From: Paragordius varius | Lineage: Eukaryota > Animalia > Nematomorpha | Reading direction: 5' to 3' | Assembly (NCBI GenBank): GCA_964247055.1 | Contig: OZ176057.1 | Span: forward strand, 1,674,001 to 1,738,000 | DNA: 64,000 nucleotides | Part shown: positions 1-12,300 of the stretch, piece after piece | Position numbering within the stretch: position 1 is the first letter of the stretch | Layout of the letters: each line of letters opens with the position of its first letter | Notes under the pieces: model-generated | Told to the model about the DNA's origin: nothing | What the model saw: the letters and a program-made list of their open reading frames with translations, nothing else | Databases searched by the model: none | Translations under genes and position numbers: made by a program

Positions 1-79
1 TAACTATCATTAGACGATGTCTCTTTGCTGAATAAGCTATTTAGCATTTTTTATAAACTTTCTATTCAATTATACTTAA

Positions 80-280
80 TCATACAGTAATTCACCCTAA
101 AATAAATTAGTGTTTTTTTAAGATTAAAAATTTTTTATAGTTTTAAAAATGTGACGAGTTATATTAGCCCGAAATCACATAATTTATTTTTAGAGTGAAT
201 TTGAATTGTTCGAATGTGATTTTGAATTGTTGAGGGTGAAATCGAAATGTTCAAGTGTGAATTACATAAATGGTATATAT
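80..280. repeat. Degenerate copy of the 21-bp-unit foldback family
   Basis: aattcaccctaaaataaatta at ~89 and inverted gtgaatttgaattgttcg... arm 175-275. Confidence 0.7.
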
Positions 281-1354
281 ATATATATATATATGTATTG
301 CCATATAGAATTTACAGTAAAAAGCTATTTTTCTTGCCTAAAAAGAAATACTTTTAGTAACGTTGTTATACAGTAAAAATGTAAATTATACAAACGTAAA
401 AATTATATGACAAATTTTTTTTCAAACCTGTTTGTAAACTTGATGTTTTTAGTATACAACAATATATTGGCTTCCGAAATAGTGATGATGTGAAACACTT
501 AATTTTATATTTTAATATAATTATAAATTTATAGAGGAATAATTAAAGTTTGAAAAAATGTGGTTGTCATTAATAATTTTTTATTTACGTTTTGTCTGTA
601 TGTTTTTTGTTTAAACTATAAACACGATAATATATTTTAAATTGTTTATAGTAACGACCGTTAAAGAAAATTTTTATATTGTAAATTCTCACTTATATTG
701 ACCACAATTCTACTGGAAATATCCGAAACCGTTTAAGTTTTGAGTTTATAATGAAAACAGTTCCGTATAAAACATTCTGCCCAAATTTTTTACCAAAAAA
801 TATTTCCCATACTAATAAAATTGTCCAACGTAATTTTGGCTATATTATTATAAGCCTTCAACCTTAAATTAGATTATGGTATATAACTTTGATACATGTT
901 AATTGACAACCTAAAAGTTAAATAATTAAAATAATTTTATGGAGCTGTTTGTTAGAAACGAGACTTACGATTAAAAAAACAATAGTTACGTCACAAAAAA
1001 AACGGTTAAGGTTCAAATATTTTTATAAATTTTAAAAACAACAATCTTCATATTTACCCCCATTATTAAATAGATGGCATATACAAATATATATCAACGT
1101 GCATTTATATCATTTTAATATTTGTGGGTTATTTTATCAAAATTTACGGGAAAGTTCGTTAGTATTTAAAATAATTGAATATGGCTATTAAAGGCTAAAA
1201 TTAACGGATTTTCATAAAAATATAATTTATAAAAGCTTCAAATTGAAACCGGTTCTGGTTCTTGAGATTAGGAACCTAAAATTTTTGAAAATCTTTTTTC
1301 TTACAAAATATTTAAATAAAATATTTTAATTAATAAGTATACTAATTTATATAT

Positions 1355-1615
1355 ATCATTTACAATTCATATTCACCCTTAAATAATTTAAAATTACCCT
1401 TGAACAATTAAAAATCACCCTCAAAGAAACTATATGTTTTTTAAGATTAAAAATTACCTATATTTTTTTAAAAAAAAATCCTAAATTAAAATAATGGTAA
1501 AAAATAATAAACTATGCCATAAAGATATAATCTTATTAATAATAATGAGTTATGTTAGTTAAATGCATAATATATTTGGGTGAAATTAATTTGGTCGAGG
1601 TTAAATTTGAACAAA
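1355..1615. repeat. Degenerate copy of the 21-bp-unit foldback family
   Basis: catttacaattcatattcacccttaaataatt...ttacccttgaacaatt left arm; gggtgaaatt...gaggttaaatttgaac right arm. Confidence 0.65.
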
Positions 1616-2670
1616 TTATATATAATATGCAATACATATATTATATATATATATTGTCAGATCAAAATACATAATAATTAATGATCAATATTAATAAAAA
1701 AATTGGCAGACGTATCAACTTTTGATTAATAACAAATAAGATGATCAAAATTTGATTTTTATAAATAAGTTTTATATAATAATTAAAAATTTAAACGTAT
1801 GCCAAAATTATTTTATTATTCTAAATCTGGAAGCACTAAATTTTAATGATTATTTATATATAATAATATGCAAATATAGTAAAATTAAAATTAGTTTTCT
1901 AAATTGTAAAATTAATTTGTGATTGATTTTTTGTAAATAAAAATCCTTTTATTGTATTTTTGATACAGACTATTCCTTAGCTTCCATGCAAATAATATCG
2001 AAATTAAAATATTTGGAATTTTATTTGACAACATAATTAATTTGTTTTTGCCGAATCAAAAACGTAATTTTTGGGGTTTCATTCGGCTAAATACTAATTT
2101 TACACAATATACGAATATTTATATATTTTAATTATTTAGATTAAAACCTTTTAAAGACAAAAACTAAGTCGATATAAATAATAATAGTGATATATTATTA
2201 TAATTAAAACTAAATTTCAAAAATAATAACAATTTAAAATGTTTGTCCATCCTTTGAAAAAGATACTCCCACCATTTATTGAAAACTTTGATTGAATACA
2301 TTTCACTTTTATATAAGATTTTAAAACAAAAACAAAGTATATGTTACAGTATGCACATATTTGCTGGAGTATTCACATTATTGTTTGATTGTCAACACAA
2401 TAGTGTATAGATAAAAACAACAAAATGTTCAAGTCAAACATTTTCCCTAACTTACAACATTAATTTGTTTATTTAATTATGGACAAAATTTATTTTATAG
2501 CACACGCTACTGTATTACCGATTGGCCAACAATAATGTGAATAGGTCAATTGCATACGGTATATAGGAATAAAAAAATGTTATTTCAATCAATCTCCAAT
2601 AAAACACTCCTAAGCAAAAAAAAAACAAAGCAAAGCCATGTCAAACATAAAACTTTTCATATCTACACGA

Positions 2671-3055
2671 TATATATACCATTTACAGTTCAAATTCACC
2701 CTTAAACAATTCAAATTCACCCTTGAACAATTCAAATTCACCCTTGAACAATTCAAATTCACCCTCGAACAATTCAAATTCACCCTAAAAATAAATTATG
2801 AAACTTCGGTCTAATATAACTCATAATTAAAATTAAATATATTTTTATGGCAAAGTTTATTATTTTTTCAGTATTATTTTGATTACATACAAAATTTCTT
2901 TTTTTATAAATATAAAAAATATAGCTAATATATAATCTTAAAAAACACATAATTTATTTTAGGGTGAATTTGAATTGTTCGAGGGTGAATTTGAATTGTT
3001 CAAGGGTGAATTTGAATTGTTTAAGGGTGAATTTGAACTGTAAATGGTATACATA
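2671..3055. mobile_element. Foldback MITE-like element with arms of 21-bp tandem repeats
   Basis: Left arm 2671-2800 (taccatttacagtt + 4x caaattcacccttgaacaatt-type units) is the near-perfect reverse complement of right arm ~2947-3055 (3 units); TA-rich termini. Confidence 0.85.
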
Positions 3056-3056
3056 C

Positions 3057-3318
3057 CTTTAAAGATGGTCGTAGCTCCAGGCCTACACAAATTTTCACCC
3101 CAATGCGTGTAAACCGTTCCACCAATATCTTCCAGGTCTGGGAGTTGGGGTGCAGGACACAGTCCACAGCTGGCATCCTCACCGGGCTGACCCTTAACCC
3201 CAACAGGTCCGGGCTTGCCTTGTGCCCCAATGGGACCGGGTTCACCCTGCGGACCGGATTCACCTTCTGGCCCTCGCTCGCCTTGAGGGCCCATGTTCCC
3301 GGGGAATCCTGGATCGCC
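3057..3318 (-). CDS. Collagen exon 14 (16 Gly-X-Y, CGLC, start of C-terminal domain)
   Basis: aaaaag|GGC...AAAG|gtatgt; phase 0/1; ends [22 protein letters not shown]. Confidence 0.9.
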
Positions 3319-6300
3319 CTTTTTATTTGTAATATTTATATATATATGTTATACGGTATAAAACGTGTCCGATCAACTTCATTTTACATACAAAAATTAA
3401 AAATTCAAATGGGGACCAGTAGTAAAAAATAGAGTCATGAGGAGAAACGTGTGAAAGATCATTTTTTTAATCTGAGTATATTATTGGTGAAATTTGAAAT
3501 ATTATATCATGAAATAAAATATGTTTTCAGGGATACCCGTTTTTGAATATATGAAAATTTACCCTTGAACACTTAAAATTCACCCCACGAACATATTCAT
3601 CAAACATTTCAAATCACCCTAAAAATGAATTATGTTTTTGCAAATCAAAATAAGTTTGATTTGTTTGATATTACATATGAGTTTTGTATTACCAATTTAT
3701 ATTCATATTTCTTATTTCGCCACCCAAAACGATAGTGTATACATGTTGATTAAAGTTTGTTACTGTATACATTGTTTGATATTCCTTAATTAATGCTAGC
3801 ATATAAATCAAAGGGCAATATTATTAACCTCTAGTTATTTTCGCTTTTTACTGCTATATTAACAAATAATAATGATAATAATGCTTGCTCTGTATGATAT
3901 CTGGAAATATTCAATAATATATATACTTATACTGTCAATAAAAGTTTTTTATATAGTCTTTTATGTGTTGTTTGCCTCTCCTCTAACATTTAATTTTTAC
4001 TGTACTAACTATGAAGAAAAAATTCAATATAAAATACAATTTACCGGAGCGCCACGAAGGCCACGTGGTCCAATCCCACCATTTTTGCCAGAACGTCCTC
4101 GCCGTCCAGGAAACCCTGGGATTCCGGGATCCCCTTTTTCCCCTTTGGGTCCTTGGGGCCCATCTTTTCCAGGGGCACCGGGGCGCCCTGGTCTGCCAGG
4201 AGGGCCTTTTTCACCTTGGGGACCCTAGAATTTATGTTTTTGATATAAAACTAAAACAGAGGACAAAACGTATAAACATCACGACAAATGTTTTTTTTTT
4301 CAAAAGACAATCCTCACGTGTTTTAAACCATATTTTTCCTAATTAAATTTAGCAATTACAATTGAAAAACACATAATAAAATGTGTTATCAATTAATAAC
4401 TTTATTTCATACATTGCAATTTATAACAATGTAGTTTTTAAAAAATAAGTTAAAAAAGTGTGCTTGTCTTAAAAAAATATTTATCTTTATATTTTGATGC
4501 TTTGTTCGTGCAATTACAATTTTTACTTTCCTTTTAAAAAATAGTATTAAGAATATCTGGTAAAAATTATAATTGTTCGTTATTATAATACAGTAGTGTG
4601 TGGCATAAAACAGTTTTTGTCCCTAAATCAAGAAGACACTGATGTTAATTACAGGGATTATTATTTTATTGCATTTATTTGTTCATTTTTTACAAACGCT
4701 ACTGTAAGATGCACATTAAATAATTTCCTAATTCTAAATTTTTCTAATCGATTAATTAATTATTTATATTGCTAATTTTATGATTCAATAAACCTTTTGT
4801 AAAATTATACCAAATGTTTGTATCAAATATATAGGCCTGATGAGATTCCAATATTGATAAAAAATTATTTAAAACTCTTCCAAAAAAAATATAAATATAT
4901 CATAAAAATAAGAATTTACAAGAGGTCCAGTGGGACCAGGGGCACCATCTTTACCAGGATTTCCATAATTTCCATCGGGCATATCTTTCCCAGGAATTCC
5001 TGGGCGTCCATCAATTCCATCTTGTCCAGAAGGGCCCGGGTCGCCCTAAAAAAGTTTTTTTGTCAACACATTTATTATGATAATTCATGTGAAGGGTAAA
5101 CGGATAACAATATGTGTAAATAAATTAGATTTCTAAAATCCTTTTCAGTATGCATATTAATTAGTCAAATCACAAGATTTTTGGTTAATTGGTACAGTAG
5201 CGTATGAAATTTAACAAGTTATCCATAATTAAATAAACAAATTTAATATTGTAAAATTGAAAAAAAAATGTTTAATTTTAACCATATGTTGTTCTTTACC
5301 CATATGCTACTTTATTGCCGATCGGGCAAAAATATAACTTACAGTAAACACAAAAAAAATTTTTCATTAATATTTAATTTACCATTATATTATTTGTTGC
5401 TAGAAATAGTGTCAGAAATATTCAATGAAAAAATAAAATTTAAAAGATATATGAATTTTTTTTACATTATACAGAATTATTTGACGTAATACTAATACAA
5501 TTCATATAGTAAATATTAATCTTTATGATTTTAACCTTGGCTCTAAAATGGTAAATAGAATTTTGAAAAATTAATATCAAACAATTAACTATATAATTTT
5601 TTATCAGAGTTTTTAGATTCAAAACCATGGTTCCAAAACACTATGATTTATTATTTATAAAAAATATTTAGTAACTTTCAATGTAACTATTTTACTGATA
5701 TTGATCATATTTCTGCGTTTTATCGGAACCTAAATCAACAATTCTAGTGATACAATTATAAAAGATTGATAATTATTGGCTCTCGCCTATTGGAAGCCAT
5801 ATAGCATATATATGTATGCATGTACGTAAAATTAAAAAACATTACTTGCTTTACATAAAAAAAAGTAGTACTTTAGCTCCTGGGGTGCCAGGAAGGCCAT
5901 CTTTACCAGGTGCACCGTCATCCCCATCCTTTCCTGGGGCCCCGTCCAGCCCATTTTCCCCGTCTAACCCATCTTTACCAGGGGCCCCGGTGGCACCCTA
6001 AAGAAAACCCAATATATTAATACAATAAAAAATGTAATTATACCTACATGGTGGACAAAACTACTGTTTGTAACTTTTATGTATTCCAATCCAATATAAT
6101 TTGTTAAATTGGAACATGTAAAAATATATAATTGATTGTGTTATTACTAAAAAATCTCTACTTTTGATACTCACAATAAGCGTGAGTTATGTTTTTTGAA
6201 AAAGTCAATTTTAAAATAGTACAGCAGTCTTATACAGAAAAACGATTTTACCTTATATTACAGTTTTGGCGTATAAAATTATAATTATCTATGTAGCATA

Positions 6301-9300
6301 TTTCGGGTTTTTGAATTAATTAAAATGGACATTAAAGCCGCCATGTAACTGATTTAATAAAGGTATAATCACCATTTTTAGCACAATTCTAATTAGTAGT
6401 CTTATTAAAGTCAAAACCACTGGAACAAATAATATATTAATAATTCTTGTAGAAATGTTATACAGGTGGATTAATTTTGTTTAACCCCGGAACGAAAAAC
6501 CAAATACAATATCTATAAAATATTTTTAAAAAGTCTAAAAATGTGAAATTTTCAAAACAATTAAAAAAATATTATAGAAAAAAAATGCAATTTCATGGGA
6601 AATATATAACTAATTTTATTAATTTTATTTGTGTTATTGTATTCGTAAACAGCGGTTAGACTGTGTTTCAATGTCCGATCAAATTCGGACCTAGGGTGTA
6701 AGTAATAGAGTTTAATAATCGAAAATTGATCCTTTTTAAACGAGTGTTATAGCTTTGATAGACCCTATATATATATATATATTTAATTAACAGAAAATAA
6801 TGGAGAATATAGGGTTGTGTTTTTTATGCCTTTGGGACAAAAATAATCGGTCTCACGGTTAACCATTTTTTAAGTTATCTAATCGGTGTTAATAGTGAAT
6901 AATTGCTACAAAACATTGTTAAAATGTGGATTTTTCACACATTTTTATCAAGTTTTTTCAAAAATGAAAATTAATATTTTTGGACTGCAATCAAAAAGTT
7001 AGTTTTGCAATATTTTTAAAAATTAAAATTTATTTATCAAATTATTTGTACGTATAAGAACCATACACTTAGCCTTTATAACTAAACTAGCGTGAGTCTC
7101 GTGCTGCTACGCAGCCCGAGGAAGTCCTTCGGACTTCTGGCGGGGGGGGGGGGGGGTTCGAAGTTTGGATTTGATTGGGTCTACTGGTTTTCCTGTACCA
7201 GATCACAAAGCCAGCATTTTCCATTTTTATAAATATATAGATTACCATAAATAATGTATTAATATCCATATATCTTTTAACATGCTATGCACATGATAGA
7301 TACTCCTTACTCAGCAGCTATCATCAAAGAAACGCTTGACTAAAATTTTTGCCTTTTAACAGGCAATACGAAAAATCTTTCTAGAATTTTTACAGTCTCA
7401 TATGGGCAAAAAAATACAATCAAAAAAATATTTTTGTGGACTTTGTTTTTTTTGATAAATTTTACGGGGGTAGCGGGTAAAAAGAGGGCCTAAATCAAAA
7501 AAGTGACTCGACTATGTTCAGCGCGATCAAAAATAAGTAAACAAAATTCATATTTGAAATTGAATGGTCCAACACGTTCTCCAAAAAATTGACTTATCCC
7601 ATTTTTCACACGGGGTGGGCCCGAACTGGGGACCTAATTCCAAAAAAGGGCGAAGCTATTGTCGGGGCATTCATTAATGATTATATTTTTTCGATATTTG
7701 GATTTGATTGGGTTCACCGGTTTTCCGGAAACAGATCACAAAGTTATATGAAAAATCAGTTTTTAGCGGGTAGCTCCTTACCCAGCAGCTATCATCAAAT
7801 AAACGGTGGACTAAAATTTTTGCCTTTTAACAGGGAATACGTGGAATCTTTATTGAATTTTTACGGTCTCATACCTAGGGCGAAAAATCGATTTAGAAAA
7901 TTATTTTTGTGGAAATGGCATTTTACGGGGAGAGCGGGTAAAAAGAGGGCCTAAATCAAAAAAGTGACTCGACTATGTTCGGCGCAATCGAAAATAAGTA
8001 AACAAAAATCATATTTGAAATTGAATGGTCCAACACATTCTCCGGAAAATTGTCTCAAAAACACGATTTTGTGGACTTCTGTTTTCAAAAAAAACCCGTT
8101 TTTCATACGGGGTGGGCCCGAACTGGGGGCCTATTTCAAAAAAAGGGCGAAGCTATTGTCGGGACATTTATTAATGATTATATTTTTTCGATATTTGGAT
8201 TTGATTGGGTCTACTGGTTTTCCTGTACCAGATCACAAAGCCAGCATTTTCCATTTTTATAAATATATAGATTATTCTTATTTATTTTTAAAGATAGGCT
8301 AAATTAATGATACTCACCCGTATCTATTAAATTTTTTTGTAAAATAAAGGTTCAAAAAATAAAAATAATGTTTTTGCATTAAAAATTATTGTTGATAATA
8401 CATCTTTCCATATATGTAATAATTCCACTAATATTTGAATTTCTCAAAAATTTAAGGGATTTGTCAAAATATTTTGCAAAAAAATTATAAAAAATTACAG
8501 GTAATCCATCTTGGCCAGGTAAACCGTCTTGACCGGGTTCGCCTGCCTCGCCATCCTTTCCAGGGTCTCCGGGCTGACCGTCAGAACCGCTATTTCCATC
8601 TTTTCCAGGTAGGCCGGGTAAACCCTAATAAACATTTATTTTGAAATAAATTTTGTGCTATAATTTGTCGGTGGGGAGCCTTTTAGGATTTTTGAATGAT
8701 AGTGTAGAAATTATCAGAGGTAATAAAAGGAGGTATTTTATTAATCAAATATTTTTTTAAAAAAATTTGTGGTTTTTCTTAGCAGTATTTATTGGAGGAT
8801 TTAAAGTTGATTCTTTTGCCTCGAAATGATATTGTCTTTTATAAAATTTTATTTAAACCTAAAAGAGCATTTATGATTTGCGGTTTAAGTAAAGTGTTAA
8901 AATTTTATGAAACGTTTACGTTTCCTGCTTCAAATCGTAAAGAAAGTAAAATTGCAATAAATATAAAACATTTTAAATCCTTCCAATTAAAATGTAATTT
9001 CTACTTCAATCCCAATGATATCGTTTAATAAACCTACTTTTAGGTTAAAAACGTTTTTTTTCTTTTGTGAAAAACATAAGCTAAGATTAAAAGTATAGGC
9101 CTTATGATATTGCAAAAAAGAAAAGAATTTCCAATTAGCCCGAGGTTTCCAACGTGCGGCCAGCGGGAGGCATGCGGTCCTCTACTTTTCGGCCCACGAA
9201 ATTTTTGAAAATTACGATAAGAAATTTCAAAATTTTAAAAAATTTGTATTAATTTATCCCTTTATATTTTATACCAACGAACTAAAAAATTGGTCAAAAA

Positions 9301-12300
9301 ATACAATTTATATTATCGGGGTAATATTTTTAATATCTAATAAACAATTTATTAATGCCTATATTTTTTTTCAGTGGGGCCGGCCGAGATTTTGAATCAA
9401 AAAATGCGCCCCGCGGAGCCATTAATATCGGGCACCCTCTGCTATTATCTAGCAATAAAATTTAATGAGAATTAAACGATGAATTATTTAATCAAACCGT
9501 ATAAAATTACAATAAATGTAAAAAAAATTTATTACAGGAGGTCCTGTGCGCCCTGGGGCACCGTCTCGTCCCGGTTGACCATCTCTCCCGGGTAAACCGT
9601 CTTTTCCAGCTGCACCTGGGAGTCCGTCTGATCCGTCAGGACCGGGGGCTCCTGTTGGTCCCTATTTTAAGTGTAGAAAATAAAATGTTTTAAAAAAAAT
9701 ACGAAAAAATATTTTTGTTTGTAATTCAAAAAAATGGATATTAGTATAAATGCGTTTAAAAAATAATTAAGTTTTATATAAACGAATCAATGAAAAAATT
9801 TTTTTTAAATTAAATTTCACTATAATTTTTTTATCTACTAAAAGTTGTATTGGTGGATGGAGAAATAATTTGGGCAATTATGAGAAGCCTATCCTAATGC
9901 AGATTCGGGGAAAAATTTTGCTACTTACTAATTTATTATGCAAACAACTCTTAAAGTATTTTATATAGAGAAATATTGAAAAATATTTTTTTATAAGACA
10001 ACCATACTTTTTAAACTTAATTATTACAATTTAACATTATATAATTCAATTGCAATCCCCGATTCGCAACCCAAAATGAGTTATATTTTACAAAATTAAA
10101 TAATTAATTTATCTCCATAAAAAACATTTGTTTTTGGTTATGCGTTTTGTCTGTAAATTTAACTTTTACTGTAAATATTACACCTGAACTTAACATGTTT
10201 CGGTTTTACTAAATTTATAAAATAACTGTAAGAATTATTTGATTTTAAAGCACTTTAATGGGTTATTTTGAATAATGAATCAAGTGATTGTATAATTATT
10301 TTGATATTGTACATATAGATTAAAGAATAAAAAATTCACATTATTAAATTTTATATCGAATAAATTAATATTTCTCCTAAATGAACCAAAGATATTAATT
10401 CTTTCTAAAATATAATTAAATATTGGATTGAGAATGATGAAAAATCTATTTAAAAGGAGAAACCTGTATTAAAGAATTATAAGCTGGCTGTGATTTCATA
10501 TTATTAATCAAAAAATTAAACAAAACGTTTTGAATTTCAAACATTAAGAAAACCAACCCGATAATACCGGGAATTATTTTAACGCTAAAGATATATATAT
10601 TTAACCAATTTTTAAATTATCATAAAAATTAACCAAACTTCATTTATTTCTTAAAAAAACCAAATATATACGAATCTAAGAAAAAAATTCAACCGGTGGT
10701 CCATCTAGCCCAGGGTTTCCGTCTTTTCCAGGAGGGCCTGGAGGCCCATCGCGACCGTCGTTGCCGGGACGACCAGGAGAACCAGGGTTGCCATCGCGAC
10801 CAGGGAATCCGGGATCGCCCTAAAAAAGGCATAAACCAATAAAACTAAATAATTTTATTTATGTGGTTTAGGGTGTCTTTTTTTTTCTTTTTTATTGAAG
10901 GGTAAAGACTAATTGGGTGAGAACTTGTGAAGGCTTTAACACTCGCTTGCCTGCCCAGGGCTAATTTTTTGGTAGAAAATGGCGCAGTTTTGGGGTTTGC
11001 TGACAGTGCAAGAGTTCGGCTCCCTGCCTATTATACCACCAAGTCTTCCTTATAAAAAATTATCTATTTGAAGGAAAATGATTTAAATAAAAAAATCTTA
11101 GCCATAAGCAAAGAGGCTAAAACTACCCATTTAGGAATCTTATGTTAACCAAAAATATAGTGGAATTGGTCCAGGTACAAAAAATGGATCTTAGAGGCAA
11201 AAAGCCTGATTGACAAATACAAGAATTAATAGCATTATGAAAGTTTTAATCTCTGAAATTAATTGCTATCGAAATATAAGAGTTTGGAAGCGAAACTGTT
11301 AGAGATTGCAAAACTCTAATCTATAAAAAAATTTCATAATTAAAATAACACAACCTTTATTAAATAATAGTTTTATATAAATTTCTGAATAATGCCAATG
11401 TATCCCGGTAATAAATAACAAAAGTTAATAAAAAAATTTTGATTAAAATGAAAAATTAAATATTTATACGGGTGGACCCTTGGGACCAGGTAGGCCATCT
11501 TTTCCTGGGGCACCATCTTGCCCATCTTTGCCTGGAAATCCGTCTTCTCCGGGTTCTCCATCTCGACCAGGGATGCCTGGTTTTCCAGGAGTTCCCTAAA
11601 AATCAAAATTATATTTAGAATAAAATTTAAATTTTAAATTAAAATTAAAATAAAAATCGTAAAATTTATATTGAATAAATAGCTTTGATCTCGATTTTGT
11701 ATAAATATTAGTCAAAAAAACCAAAGATTTATTAAACGTAGGCGGTTAAGATTTATGGGTCGTTTGTTAATTGGAAAATATTTAAATCTGTGAAAGGTAA
11801 AGATTTTTCGTTTTCCAGCTTAAATTTATCCAAAAGATTTTCAATTCAAACATATACTACTTGAACATATTCAATTCTTTCTTCAAAATACTCAATTTTC
11901 AAATGCGAAAAAATAAAAACTACACAAAGTCCACAAAAGAATCAATCTGATAAAATATATATATTTTGATAAGATTATGTATCAAAATTATCATGTGCTT
12001 TTGGTTTTGGCCCTTAAGAGTGATTTAAGGTTATTTTTATTTTTGTGGTAAATGCTTCACATCAGAAAATGGCAAAATTTCCGCAGAGGCTTTAGGCAAA
12101 AAATATATTAAAGAAAGGATAAAACAAAACGATATTGTCAAAAAATTTATAGGATGTGAGCTCCGAAAGTCCTAAATTTTTTTGCTCCTTATAGATTGGG
12201 TCTCTTAAAATAAAGGCAAAAATTCTGGGATTGCACGAATAAATTTTATATGCCAAATTATAATATCAACAAATATTTAAAAATACTTTTTTTAAAAAAC

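Noticed and set aside
2217-2305. Candidate terminal collagen exon (VKCIQSKFSINGGSIFFKGWTNILNCYYF*)
   Set aside because: Phase fits, but the acceptor is purine-rich, it turns the expected Gly into Val, and similarity to the expected motif is too weak.
2691-3040. 21-bp repeats as a CRISPR-like array
   Set aside because: Head-to-tail units with no spacers, arranged as inverted arms, in eukaryotic DNA with no cas genes.
2959-3056. NNSNSP-repeat C-terminus of the 111-aa ORF as a real domain
   Set aside because: It is read-through past a good donor (AAG|gtatgt) into the 21-bp repeats of a foldback element; kept only as a possible retention isoform.
7589-8302. ORFs in the ~475-bp repeat (also 30268-30513)
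   Set aside because: Frames are not preserved between units and no recognisable domain is present.
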